A DNA stretch of 64,000 bases from NCBI RefSeq assembly GCF_963921235.1, contig NC_086104.1:102858001-102922000 (forward strand), read 5' to 3'. Position numbers and translations under genes: made by a program. Shown piece by piece: positions 37,748 through 51,265 of the stretch. The notes below the pieces were generated by a model, which searched no databases, was not told the DNA's origin, and was given only the letters and a program-made list of their open reading frames with translations. The DNA is from Mobula hypostoma (Eukaryota). The first letter of the stretch is position 1. Each line of letters starts with the position of its first letter.

Positions 37748-38330
37748 CCATGATATGGAATTGAGAGGCAGCCCTGAGAGTCCTGGTGCCCCACACCTGC
37801 TCCTGCTCCCTGTGTTCCTGTGGGCACAGGGCTTCACAGCATGGAGTGTTGCACCTTAACATCACACATCAGCAGTGGATTGTACCAACGCAACAATTTA
37901 TAACCACTGTAACTGTAAAGCCACAGGACTTCCAACTCCCCACACGGTATAGATGTAATTGTCACCACCAGACCACTGTAGTGTGAGGACCCAGAACGAT
38001 ACAACATCCAGAACCGTACTGCAAGGACACAGAGTACAGACGTCAATCCTGCACCTCCAGTCACAGTAAACCCCCACACTACACTGTACAGAAACAGTCA
38101 ACAGTACATGACACGGACAATGAACATCACCTCCTTCACCGTAAGGACACAGAACGATAAAGCTCTCCGCTGAATGGAGTGAGCACACAGACCTGTAGCA
38201 CATCGTTGAACACCAGAAAAACCCAGCACCTCAAGGACAGAGACCTGTATAACCCTGCCACTCCACTGCGATTAATTGAAACGTTGAGATAAGGGCAAAG
38301 AATCTACTTCCCTTGCTGGGAGACTGCAGG
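37748..38330 (+). repeat. Locally duplicated block, copy 2
   Basis: Collinear with 34690-35300. Confidence 0.85.
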
Positions 38331-38769
38331 ACAAAGGGGGATGGCCTGATAATTAGAGCCAGGGTGAGCAATGGAGCTGTGGGGAGCTCTTGTATCCAGT
38401 TTTCAGAGCAGACATGGGCATGGCAAGCGGAAACTGAACCTATTTTAATGCACTGGTGAAGTAGATGGACTTTAATTTAATTACTTCAGTTGTAGAGACA
38501 CGGCGTTTCAGAGGACAGCATATTGACGTGGATCAACTCCTGGATCAGGATCCTATCGCTCTTTGTTTCATGAAGAGCTTTGTGATGTTCACAGCGGCTC
38601 CTCTGAGTGACAGCTCCTTCTTTCTCATCTCCTGGGCTGCCGACACACCTCAGCTGACACTCTGTGATTTAACCGTTCTTGACGTGCCGACAACCCGCTA
38701 TTCACCGATGTCGTTTCCCCGGCAACGATCCGGGGCAAGGCTGTTAAAGAATGAATGTGTTCACAAACC

Positions 38770-40240
38770 AGATAAAATCTACAGATACTGGAAATCCAAG
38801 CAATGAATGGGAAGTGGAATTAAAATGAGTGGCCACTGGGAGATGCCACCAGAAGGTGGACGGAGAGTAGGAGCTCAGCGAAACGGTCTCCCAATCCACA
38901 TCGGGTCTCACCAATATACAGGAGGCCACACCGGAGTGATCCCTGCGGAAAGCAGAAAGTGAGGGGGGTGGGGAGATGTGCTTGGTGGTGGGATCCCGTT
39001 GGAGATGGCGGAAGCATGGAGAATTACGTACTAGATGCGGAAGCTGGTGGGGATGGTAGGTGAGGACAAGAGGAATCTTATCCCTGGTAGGGTGCGGGAG
39101 GATGGGGTGAGAACAGATGTCCATCAAATGGAAGAGTGCGGTTGAGGGCAAAGTTGATGGTGGAGGCAGGGAAGCCCCTTTCTTTGAAGAGGGAGGATAT
39201 CTTCGTTCTGGAAAGAAAAGCCTCATCCTGAGAGCAGATGCGGCAGAGACGGAGGAACTGAGAGAAAGGGGTGGCGTTTTTACTAGTAACAGGGTGGGAG
39301 GAGGTATAGTCTGGGTAGCTGAGAGAGTCCGTGGGTTTGTAATCGACATCAATAGATAAGCTGTCTCCAGAGACAGAGAGATCGAGAAAGGGGAAGAAGG
39401 TGTCGAAAATGGAGGCAAAATTTGAAGGCAGGGTGGAAGTTGGAGGCAAAGTGTATGAAATCAACGAATTCAGCATGGGTGCAGGAAGCAGCACCAATGC
39501 AGTCGTCAATGTAGCGTAGGAAAAGTGCAGTTTGGTCACCAGTGTAGGCTTGGAACATAGTCTGTTCCATATAGCCATGTGAGTGCCCATGGCTACACCT
39601 TTTGTTTGAAGGAAGTGGGAGGAGCCAAAGGAGAAATTGTTTAGAGTGCAGACAAGTTCCAGTAGGCAGAGGAGAGTGGAGGGCGACTGACTGAGTCTAG
39701 TAGCCGTAAAAAAACCGGGAGCTTTGAGGCCTTCCTGGTGGGGGATGGAGGTGTACAGGGACCGAACATAAGATGATGGGGGCCAGGGAACTGAAGTCAT
39801 TGAAAAGATGCAGACTGTGTCAAGTGTCATGGATGTAGGTAGGAAGGGACTGAACTTTGGGGATAAAACAGAGTCGAGGTATGCAGATACGAGTTCACTG
39901 GGCAGGACAAGCTGAAATAATGGGTCGACATGGACAAGCGGGTTTGTGGATCTTGGGTAGGTAGAAGGTAGAAATGGGAGGCGCAGGAACTGTGAGGTGG
40001 ATGGGAGATCTTCAGAGTCAATAAGGTTGGTGATAGTGTGGGAGACAATGGCCTGGTGTTCCTTAGTGGGGTTCTGTTTGAAGGGTAATTAAGAGGAGGT
40101 GTCTATAGTTGCTGCTGTGCCTCAGCAAGGTAGAGATCACGACACCAGCCTACTACAGCACCCCTTTGATCTGCGGGTTTGATGGTGAGGTTAGGATTGG
40201 TGTAGCGTGGAGTGGAGTGGAGAGTAGAGCTTTAGGAAGG
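38770..40240 (-). mobile_element. Degenerate Penelope-like retroelement (RT plus GIY-YIG endonuclease)
   Basis: SLYTSIPHQEG, QTKGVAMGT, FLRYIDDC, FLDLSV, YKPTD..SSHP, and GLLYIGET..LGDRF (YIG motif); frameshifted. Confidence 0.85.
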
Positions 40241-40433
40241 AGTGAGGTTAGCATTGGAGAGAGAAGTGTTGATGTCTAGACAGTTGATGTCTCGTTGGCA
40301 GTTGGCAATGAAAAGGGCCAGAGCAGACAGAAGACCAGGATGGGATATCCAGGAAGAGGAGGAGGGTTGACGATGGGAGAAGGGGTTTTGCTCCCTTTTC
40401 TGTTTGGAGACCTGTGACCAGTGATGTGCTACA

Positions 40434-40606
40434 CACAGAAAATGCTGGAGGAACTCAGCAGGCCAGGCAGCGTCTATGGAAAAGAGTACAGTCAACGTTT
40501 TAGGAAATGTCGACTCTACTCTTTTCTATTGATGCTGCCTGGCCTTTTGAGTTCTTCCAGCATTTGTGTGTGTTGCTTGGGTTTCCAACATTGCAAATTT
40601 TCTCTT
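40434..40606. mobile_element. Palindromic insertion of two head-to-head Penelope-like tails with a 17-bp TSD
   Basis: Direct repeat accagtgatgtgctaca at 40417-40433 and 40607-40623; the arms are imperfect reverse complements. Confidence 0.8.
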
Positions 40607-43189
40607 ACCAGTGATGTGCTACAGGGATCCGTGCCTGGTTCCCTGTTGTTTGTCATGTATGTTAATGACATAGATGTGACTGTTGATAAATAAGTTCACT
40701 GATAACTGCTGGTAGTAAAGTTACAACGGGATGTGGATAAACTAGATGGAATTTAACTCACAGAAGTTCAAAATGTTGCACTTTTACAAGTTAAACTGAG
40801 ATGGATTTAGGCAGTAAGTGACAGGACCCTGGGATATTTTAGATCCAGAAGACCCGGGAGTACATGGTTCATTGAACATTACATAGAGAGGAGAGGTTGA
40901 GAGGGATGTGGGCCTAATGCAGGCAGATGGGGAACCTGGCTGGTGTGGATGAGTTGTACCGAAGGGAACTGTTTCAGTCCTGTATATGTCAATGACTCGA
41001 ATCTGGGAAGTTAAACCAGTGCAGGATGTACACTGTAAATGACAGGTTCCTGTGGAGTGTTGATCAACAGAGACTTTGAGGGTTCCTACCTCCACCACCT
41101 CCTCTGGCCACTGATTTCAGATACTGTACCAGCTATTCTCTGCTTTAAATATTTACCCTTCCGATCCCCTTTAAACCCCCTCCCTGTCACCTTAAATCTA
41201 TTCCCTTTAGTTTTAGACAGTCATGCAGAGGAAAACAGTCTCATATAGTTTTATCTACCTCCATAGTGTTACCAATCAGCCGCGCTCATGGCAGGAAAAC
41301 AAGACCCCGAATATCCAGTCTCATGATAACAAGCCCTCCAGTCTGGGTAATATTCTTCTGAGTCTTTTCTGCACAACCTTAGTCACATCATTCCTGTAGT
41401 GCGATGCTCCGAATGGTGCACGATCGCCAGATCTGGCCCAACCAAAATTCTGTACCACTGTAATGTGTCATTCCAAATCTTTACTCAGGTCTTCACCTGA
41501 TGTAGACAACCAGGACACACCACTTCCTCACAACCGTGTCAAACTGGGCTACCACTTTCAGGTAATTTTGTAACAACACTCAAGGCATCTGCATAAGTAC
41601 TTCAATGAGCAAGGCCCAGAGGGATATAGAATTAATGAAGAAAAGTGAGATTATTATACCTCAGCATGATGGTGGGCAGAAATGTGATGGGCGAAGGGTC
41701 TGTTTCTATGCTGCACAACTCTGACCATGGCATCCACCATTGCAGCGGCTTTTCTTACCTGGACACTCAGATCTGAGCTTGTCTCACTGAACCCCTTGTC
41801 TTCTGGGATGAAGCTTGGACCCTCCCACTGTGAACAAGCTGTCAGCCATCTCCCCTAACATTACCCACAATGCTTTACCAATTTCCCATGTAAAAGGACT
41901 GTTTTTGGTGGATTTGAGATGGGGTATTTTGGTGCTCTTTTGAGGGCTGGAGTCAGTATTTGACCACTGAAACCCTTATCCAATAGAAATCCACCTCTCT
42001 GGGTTCTGAATGTTTCAGGTGAGTCTGGCCTGAAGTGCTGTGTTCCAGGTTTCCACTGAATTTTCACAGTCAGAGGCTCCTGCAGCAGAGTAACAGAGAC
42101 TTCAGCCCATCATGTCTATACCGACCACTGGGGATCTGTCTCCACCAACTTATCACTTGGTTTGTCACCTGCTGTGTCTTGTGACTGAAATGCTCAATCA
42201 GGTGGTCCTTAACTACCTGTCTATACCACACCCTCAGGCAGTGTGTACTACATTGGAACCTCCCTCTGGGTAAAAGAGGAAATTCTTTCTCCGATCCCTC
42301 TAAACCTCCTACTCCTCTGCTTAAATCTCCACCCCTTTGTTGTACACACATCTGACAGGAGTCAGTGTTGTTCTGCACAGTAAAAGACCCTTCAGCTCAC
42401 CTGATCCATGTCTACCTGAGCTGATTACATTTGGCCCAGATCCCTCTGAACCAATCCTACCTATGAACCTGTCTAAATGTCTTTTAAACCCAGTAATTGA
42501 ACCCACCTCTACCTCTTTCTTTATCCACCACCATCTGCGTGGAGCTCGTCACCCTTTAAATATTTCCCCATTCACCTTAAATCTATGTCCTCTAGTTTGA
42601 GACCCCCCTGTGCTTGGAAAAGCCTTTGTCCATTCACACTGTCTATGGCCCTCATGGTTTAATGTCCTCTTTAATTTCGCTCCTCATCCTCCTAGCCCAG
42701 ATTATGCAGACTCTCCTTGTAACGCAAACCCACCAGAAGTGCTAAATCGCCTCTCCAGTCCAATCGCACCTTTCGGATTGTGTGGCATCAGAAGTGGGGA
42801 TTATCCACCATTAGCCCTACTAAGACATGTAATATCTCCTCCTTTGTACTTTTCATGTGCTCTGGAAATTCACTGCACCAAATGTAATCTCCAAACACAA
42901 TGCCATTCTCCTTGGGGAATACAACTGAGAACTATTCATTTCATTCCCTGCCCACCTCCTCTGGCCCCATGCACAAGCTGTCACTTTGCTCCAGAACAGA
43001 CCCTTTCACTCCTTGGTTACCCTCTTGTTCTTCATATACTTAAAGCACCCATTATCATTTATTGAGCATTCCCTTAATCGTAGCTGCCACTGATAATTTA
43101 TGACTTGTATTTGCCCTTCAAATCTCTCCTTTTGAACTCTCTGTACTGCTGAAGGACCTCCCAAGTCTTCAGTGCTCTTTCCCTAACAC

Positions 43190-43575
43190 ATCATCATTAA
43201 CATTATGTGCAATGTCGTAAGGCATAGGTGATCATGGTCTCCCGTCTGTCCCCAGTCTCAAGCTATTCTTATTCTTCTCTCTTTCCATGACCATGACCGT
43301 CCTTGGCTAATTGTCCCACAGAAGTGTCATTGCCTTCTTCTAGACAGTGTCTTTACAAGACAGCGACTACAGCCATTATCAATACCCTTCAGAGATGGTC
43401 TGTTTGGTGTCAGTGGTCACATAACAAGGACATGATGGGCACCGGCTGCTCATACGACCATCCACCACCTGCTCCCACTGCTTCCCGTGACCCTGATCGG
43501 GGAGATAAACAGGTGTAATGCCTTGCCCCAGTCTAACCTGCTGAGTAGCAGAGAGAAGCAGTGCCTTACACCTGT
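43190..43575 (-). repeat. SINE-like interspersed repeat with (ATG)n tail, possibly RTE-related
   Basis: catcatcat terminus and ttgccttc motif; family assignment tentative. Confidence 0.35.
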
Positions 43576-43639
43576 GGGCCAGTGTTAGAGTGGGAAGCTT
43601 CACTCAACAGGCTTGGTTCAAAGTAAGTTTGTAGCAAGT

Positions 43640-46475
43640 TCTTTCTTCTCTTTCTTTGTCTATTAGTACATAGTGCACTGAGAATTGGTCCAGAATTAAT
43701 TGTGGGTTCTTTGTGTGAGATTTGGGAACTCCGGGAGACCTTAAGTCTCCCTGATACCGCATCTGCATGAAGTGCACTGAGCTGCAGCTCCTTAGAGACC
43801 GTGTTAAGCTTGACGACATTCAGCTCACATGGGAGAATGAGGAGGTGATAGCTAGGAGCTGCAGTAAGGTAGTCACTCCGAAGTTGCAGAAGGCAGGTAG
43901 CTGAGTGATTGCAGGGGAGGGAAAAGGGGATAGGCAGCCAGTGCAGAGTGCCTCTGTGGCCATTCCCCATGACAACAGGTACTCCCCTCTTTGGATACTG
44001 GGGTATGCTGGGGGGTCGGGGAGATGACCTAGCAGAGGAAAGCCACAGCAGTCAGGTGTCCAGCACTAAGTCTGGCTCTGTAGCTCAGAGGTGAATGGGG
44101 AGATGGACACGCTGTCATGATTGAGGATTTGTTGATTAGGGGAACAGAAAGTGAGGGCAGGAATAGGATGAATTGGCAGATGAATGCAAGGCTGAGGAAC
44201 TGCTGCGGGGGGCATAGTTTCAGATTTCTGGATCACTGGGATTTGTTCTGGGGAAGACTTGGCCTGTACAAAAGGAAGGAGTTACACCTGAACCCAAGGG
44301 GAGGGGGGGTATTGGTAGGTTTGCTATATCTGTGGCGAGAGTTTAAACTATTTTGGCAGGGTGTTGGGAAGCCGAGTGATAGGGCTGAGGATGCAGCAGT
44401 TGGTATACAAGTCGGTGCAGTGTGTAGTGAGACTGTGAGGAAAGACATGCAGATGATAGGGCAAAATTGCAGTCAATGGGCTGAGGTGAACTGTACCATG
44501 AGGGCAAAATTGAAAAGGGTGTTGAATACAGGACTGAAGGTGTTCCATTTGAATACACAGAGTATACAGAATAAGATAGATGATCTTGTAGTGCATTTAC
44601 AGATTGGCTGTTATGACGTTGTGAGCATCACTGATTTGTGGCTGAAAGAATATTACAGTTAGGAGCTTAACACCCAAGGGTACACATTGTATTGAAAGGA
44701 CAGGCAGGTAGGCAGAGGGGGTGGGTTGGCTCTGTTGGTAAAAATGAAATCAATTCCTTGGAAAATGTTGAAGTCTTGAGGGGAGAGTTAAGAAACTGTA
44801 CAGGTAAAAAGACGCTTATGGGAGTTAAATATGTACAAGCATCTGAACAGTAGCCAGGATGTGAGCTGGAAATTACAAGGGATAGAAAAGGCATGCAAAA
44901 TGGGTAATGCTACAATAGTTATGGGGGATTTCGATATGCAGGTAGATTTGGAAAATCCGGTTGGTGCTGGATCCCAGGGGGCAAAATCTATTAATAAGGA
45001 GAAGGTGCTTGGGAAGCTGAAAAATCTGAAGGTAGGTTGTCCCCTGGACCAGGGTCATGAAAGAAGTAGCTGAGAGATTGTGGAGCGATTAGCAATGATC
45101 TTTCAAAGTTCACTAGATTCTGGAATGGTTCCAGTGGAGTGGAAATTTGGAAATATCACTCCACTCTTTTAGAAGGGAAGGGGGAGGTTAGCCTGACTTC
45201 AGAGGTTGGGAAGATGTTGGAATCATTATGAAGGACTTGCTTTCGGGGTACTTGGAGACACATGATAAAATAAACCAAAGTTAGCATAGTTTCCTTTAAC
45301 CAATTTCCCCCGGGATCAATAAAGTATGACTATGACTATGACTTAAGGGAAAATCTTGCCTGACAAATCTGCACTTGTTGTTTACTTGGATTTTCAGAAG
45401 GTTTTTAACAGGGTGGCGCGTATGAGCTTGCTTAACAAGATAAGAGCCCATGGTATTACAGGAAAGATAATAGCATAGATAGAAAATTGGCTGACTGATG
45501 GGAGGCAAAGAGTGGGAATAAAGGCCACCTTTTCTGGTTGGCTGCCAGTGACTAGTGGTGTTCCACAGGGGTCGGTGTTGGGACCACTCCTTTTCACATT
45601 ATATGCCAATGATTTGCTTGTTATAATTGATGCCTTTACTTTTCAAATCTTTTATTTTATTATTATTATTAATTGATGCCTTTACTGCCAAGTTGGTGGA
45701 TGATATAAAGATAAGTGGAGGGCCAGGAAGAGAAGTTTATGTTCATGCATTTTGATAGACTATTTTCTAAAAAGGAAGAAAATTCAAATATCCTTGGTGC
45801 AAAATTCCCAAAAAGTTAACTTGCCAGTTCAGTTGGTGATAAGGAAGGCAAATGCAACATTAGCATTCTTTCTGAGAGGACTGGAGTACAAGAGCAAGGG
45901 TGTAATACTAATGCTTTATAAGGCATTGGTCAGACCACACTTGGAGTATTGTGACCAGCTTTTGTGCCCTTGTCTGAGAAAAGATGTGCTGGCATTGGAG
46001 AGGGTCCAGTGGTGGTTCAAGAGAATAATTCTGGGAATGAAAGGGTTAATATATGTGGTGCATTTGATGGCCCTGGGCCTGTAATCACTGGAGTTTAGAA
46101 TAATGAGTGGGCATCTCTTTGAAACCTATCAAATACAGTGGATGTGGAGAGGATTGCTTCCTATAGTGAGTGAGTCTTGGATGACAGGGTACAGCCTTAG
46201 AATAGACCGATGCCAATTAAGAACAGAGATGAAGAGGAATTTCTTTAGGCAGAGGGTAGTTAATCTTTGGAATTCATTGTCACAGAGGGCTGTGGAGGCC
46301 AAGTCATTGGGTATATTTAGCGTGGAGATTGATAGGTTCTCAATTAGTCAGGGCATCAAAGATTACAGGGCGTAGGCAGGAGAATAGGGTTGAGAGAGAT
46401 AATAATCAGCCATGATGGAATGCCACTGCAGACTTGATGAGCCAAATGGCCTATTTCTACTCCTATGTTATATTG
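43640..46475 (+). mobile_element. Degenerate, internally deleted CR1 (ORF1 CxxC and esterase; ORF2 remnants; 3' UTR)
   Basis: ICMKCTELQLL; FLDHWDLFWG..LHLNPRG; LYKALVRPHLEYC; RVVNLWNSL. Confidence 0.8.
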
Positions 46476-46810
46476 TCCAGGATGTACTTCAAAATTCCCA
46501 TGACTAATTCTTTCACACAAAGGTGATCTGGTTAATTTTGGGGGAGTTGAAATGCCCAATTCCCATTACACCTCTGTGTGATTTACCAACATACCTATTC
46601 TTCATTCTCCCACTAACTGCTGGGAGAATTACAATATAATTGCTGCAATGTGTATATTTTATTTATTCCTAAACTCCGCTCACACTGTCTTGTGTGAGGA
46701 ACCTTCTGAGATATCCTTTCTCATTACTGCAGTATGGTCTCCTTGATCAATAATGCAGCATTCCCCAAACCCCTTTTTTATATCCGTCCCTGTCACATGC
46801 GAAGCTTCTA

Positions 46811-47190
46811 CATTGTCTGGAACAATGTTCTGTGGACAGGTGACACAAAAACCTTTTTGCAGAAATGCACATTGATACGTTTGGAGGGAAAAGGGCACTG
46901 CACACCAACACCAAAACCTCATCCCAACTGTGAAGCATGGTGGAAGGAGCATCATGGTTTGGGCTGCTTTCCTGCCTCACAGCCTGGACAGCTTGCAATC
47001 GTTGAGGGAACAATGAGTTCAAAATTGTATCAAAACATTTTACAGGATAATATCAGGGTAGCGGTCCATCACCTGAAGCTTAATTGAAGTTGGACGATGG
47101 ACAAAACAATGATTTGAAACACAAGAGTAAATCAACAACAGAATGGTTTAAAAATGTTTTGGAATGGGCAAAGTCAGATTCCAGCCCTTA
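46811..47190 (+). mobile_element. Tc1/mariner transposase catalytic-domain fragment
   Basis: WNNVLWT.D; PTVKHGGRSIMVW; GTMSSKLYQNILQDN; NDLKHKSKSTTEWF; VLEW..S; frameshifted, no TIRs seen. Confidence 0.8.
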
Positions 47191-47354
47191 ACTCTTTTTC
47201 ATTTTCATCAATTGAGATGCTGTGGCATGACACTTGTATGCAATTCTTTGGCTGATGAAAGCAGGCAGACCACACACCTTCTTCACAATCCTGTCTGCCG
47301 CTTTCAGGGACTGTGTAACAACATCTGAGCACCTATTCAACACTCGCCTAATCA

Positions 47355-47545
47355 CAGGAACATTTACAGAAACCAATTAACCGATGAGCTGATATGTCCT
47401 CAGACTGTGGGAGAAAATTGGAGTACCCAGAGTAAACGCACACATTCACAGGGAGAGGAAACGCTCTTTTTTATGGCGCCGAAATTGAACTCCGAACCCC
47501 AGATCCCTGAGCTGTAACAGTGTCGTGCTTACTGCCACACTGCAA
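47355..47545 (-). mobile_element. V-SINE-like element
   Basis: Reverse complement of the V-domain-like core (ctgtgggagaaaattggagtacccagagtaaac) with a tRNA-derived head remnant. Confidence 0.55.
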
Positions 47546-47634
47546 CATGACATCCCAGGTATTGTACTCAGTACTCTGAATGATGTACCAAATGCCTTCT
47601 TCACCACCCTGTCTCACTGTCCACTCGACCCCTC

Positions 47635-48580
47635 ATACTGGAATTTTCTGATTGGCTGCCAGTGACTGGTGGTGTTCCACAGGGGTCAGAATTTTGGATG
47701 TTGGAATTGATGTCTTTGTGGTCAACTGTGAGGATGATACAAAGATAGGTGGACAGGTCAGTAGAGATGAGGAAGCAGAGAGTGTGCAGTAGGACTTAGA
47801 CGGATTGGGAGAATGGATAAGGAAGTGACAGACAGAAGATAGTGCAGGGAAGTGTATGGTCATGCACTTCGGAAGAAAGGAAAAGCATGTAGGCTCTCTT
47901 CTAAATGGGGAGAAAATTCAAAAATCAGAGATGCAAAGGGACTTGGGAGGTCCTTGTGCAGAATTCCCTAAAAGTTAACTTACAGGTTGAGTCTGTGCTG
48001 AGGAAGGCAAATGCAATGTCAGCATTCATTTTGAACAAGGATATATGTTATTGGTCAGATTGCACTTGGGGTATTGTGAACAATTTTGGGCCCCTTATTT
48101 AAGAAAAGAAGATGTGCTAGCATTGGAGAGGGCCTGGAGAAGGTTCACAAGAATGAAAGGGTTAATGTATGAGGAGCATTTGATGCCTCTGGGCCTATAA
48201 CCGCTGGAGTTTAGAAGAATGAGGGAGGATCTCATTGAAACTTATCGAAAATTAAAAGACCTAGATAGAATGGATGTATAGAAGATGTTTCCTGTAGTGG
48301 TCACTCTAGGACCAGAGGGTACAGCCTCAAAATCAAGAGGCAATCATTTTGAACATAGATGACGGGGAATTTCTTTAGGTAGAGGGTAGTGAATCTGTGG
48401 AATTCATTGCCACAGATGACTGTGAAGACCAAATCACTGAGTATATTTAAAGTGGAGGTTCTTGATTAGTCAGAGTCTCAAAGGTTATAGAGGGAAGGCA
48501 GGAAAGTGAGTTTTCAGCCATGATGGAATGACAGTACAGAATGGCTGAATGGCTTAATTCTGCTCCAATGTGTAATGGTG
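47635..48580 (+). mobile_element. CR1 3' fragment, degenerate
   Basis: WLPVT.GVPQG, RKANAM.AF and RVVNLWNSLP remnants. Confidence 0.75.
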
Positions 48581-49639
48581 TCATTTTCAAATTTATCACT
48601 CATGCCATTTATATTCTCACCCAAACCATGAACGCCTGTGACCAAAAACAGAGCACAGATCCCTGCATCCCACACTGGTCACAGGTCTGCAACCTGACAG
48701 AAGGAAGTGAGGATGAAAATAGTCCACAGATGTAGCAGAGCAGGCACTGCAGGAGGTTACTGAGTGTGAGGCTACAGAGCAATTTATATTTATCTAAGCC
48801 ACTTCTGATTTTATATACCTCTTTAAATTCAATCCCCACATTCCTGTGCTCCAGAACAAACAGGCCCACCCTATCCCAGTCTCCTCCTGTAACACAAGCC
48901 CTCGAGTAACATCCTTGTGAAAGTTTTCTGTACAATTTGCAACTAAATCACATTGTTCCTTTAGCTAGTTGATCAGAACTGCACACAATACCCTAAGTGC
49001 AATCTCACTAACAGCTTGTAGAGTTGTAACACAATATCCCACCTCTGGAATTTAGTGCCCTAATCACCTTCTTTGCTACCTTGTCCACCTACATCAGCAT
49101 TCTCAGGCCTCTGTTCTGCATTGCTCTCCAGGGCACTGCCCTTTACTGTGTAATCATCTGTACTGGTCTCACCAACCAAAAGCTCCACTTGAGATTTGTC
49201 TGAATTAAATTTCACCTATCATTTCATGATGTATGTCCTATTGTAGTTCAGACAGCCTTCTTTGAAGATTGGGTAGTTACAGTCAGTATAATCTCCCTTT
49301 AGTGAGAGTACTCATGGTTACCTATATCCAGTAGGTCTTCATGTTTTCACTTAGTTTAGATGTTCATGTTCAGAATCCCAATACCATCACGTAACTCAGT
49401 CCTTCAATTCCCACCATTATTCTAAATCTTCTGTGCATTCTTTGCAACTTAATGACACCATTCCTATAATGAGGGTGAGTAAAGCTGCATGCAGTATTCT
49501 GGGTGTGGACTCAGATATGGCTTACTCAAAAAGAACATAACAGTCCAGCTCCTATCGCTGTCGAAGGCCAGTGTGCCAATTACTTTCTTCCCCATCCTGT
49601 CCACCTGTGATGTCACTTTTGTGGAGGTTTCAGCAAAAC

Positions 49640-49793
49640 AAGGGTTAAAATTATCAGTGACCTGGGTTCAAGTCCTGCTGTTGCCTGTGAGAAGTCTGTA
49701 TGTTCTTCCGGGTTTCCTCCGGATGCTCCAGTTTCCCCCCACAGTTCAAAGATGTACTGGTTGGTAGGTTAATTGGTCATTGTAAATCGTCCC
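49640..49793 (+). mobile_element. V-SINE (HE1-like) fragment
   Basis: B-box-like ggttcaagtcc, then gggtttcctccggatgctccagtttccccccacagttcaaaga...taggttaattgg. Confidence 0.65.
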
Positions 49794-51190
49794 ATAGAAA
49801 CATAGAAAACCTACAGTACAATTCGAGAGCTGCACTTCCTTTGCACAGCATTTTCTGAGTGTGGATGTTCAATAGGGCAACCTTCCCTCAGCTGACTTAC
49901 ACTGTTGACCAAGATTCCCTTGGAATTTTTGACACCTCCTTCATTCTGTCTGTTAGATTAAGAGAGTGATGGGAAAGATAGGCCAGCTGCACAGGTTAGG
50001 GTTGTAAACTGGAGCAGAGTAAGGTTGGGGGAATTAGCGTCTAGCCAAGGTTGATTTGGAGGAGAGCCCTGTGAGAGAGAAAATGAATGAATGGCAAAAG
50101 AAAGGAAGCCATTTATAAATGGAACACCAAGTATCCAGAAACAGAATGTTCCTGTTAGGGTGAAGGATAACCTGGCAGGTTTGGGCTAATGAGAGAAAAT
50201 GAGGCTCGGGTTGAAAAAGGAAACATACACTTCGTTCAGGAGGTTGCCATTGAACAACTCCCTTTCTGATTACAGAAGGATTCAGAATACTCTGGGGAAG
50301 AAAACCAGGATGTCAAAGTGAGGGTATGAGTTGGATCTGGCAGGTAAGGTTAAGGAGTCTCCCAAAGGTTCTCTAGCTGTTTGAAGAGTAAAAGGGTGAC
50401 AGGGAGAGATTAGGTCGCCTTGGAGATCAGCGGGGCTGCTGAGATCTTGAGTCAAAGGAGGTGGGTGGGATTTGTAATGAATATTTCTCCTCAGTGTTTA
50501 CTAAGGAGAAAATCATGGCTCAAGAGATCAAGGAAACAAGTGGAGATCTTTTGTAGGACATGCATGTCACCAAGGATGTATTCGCAACCTTACAACACAT
50601 TTAGTTGGGTAAAAGCCCAGGGCCTGACTGAGTGCTTCCTTGGACTTTCTGAGAGGATAGACTGCAAATTATGGAGTGCTCGTGGAGACATTTGCTTCAT
50701 CATTAGCCACAGATGAAGTTCCTGAAGTGCAGAATATGCCATTGTTAATCAATTGTTTAAAAAGAATAGCAAGGATAAGCCAGGGTAGTCAGCCTGACAT
50801 CGATAGTGGGGAAGTGATTGGAGGGGATTCTGAGGGACAGGAACCACCAGCATTTGGAGAGACAGGGTGTGATTAGGAGGAGTCAGCATAGCTTTGGTAG
50901 GAGGAATAGAGCCGGGTGACCTGTGGTGTGCCTCAGGTGTTGGTGTTTGCACCCTTGTTATTCATTTTTATATATAAACGCTTTGAATACAAATTCGCAA
51001 GGCTTGGCCAGTAAGTTTGTGGATGACACAAAATGAGGTATTTTTGACAGTGAAAATGATTACAGGGCGACCAAAACGACTCCCTCAAGATTCACCCACA
51101 TCTCCCAGGAAAGAACTAGAAAATAGGCGGTTGTAGTAAAGTTGAGAGGGAGTTGAAAGATGAGATGGCGCTGTCACTCTACTTCCGGTT

Positions 51191-51265
51191 GGTCAGGGCG
51201 GTGTGTATAAAAGTAGACAGCAGCGCTCGGTTTGACATTGAGTAGCGACTTGGAGCAACAGCAGA
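51191..51265 (+). promoter_or_regulatory. Orphan H4-type promoter and 5' UTR with no coding sequence
   Basis: ggtcagggcggtgtgTATAAAAgtagacagcag...gcgacttggag aligns with 32179-32245. Confidence 0.65.

Noticed and set aside
49660-49680. tRNA gene suggested by the B-box ggttcaagtcc
   Set aside because: No cloverleaf; it is the head of a V-SINE.
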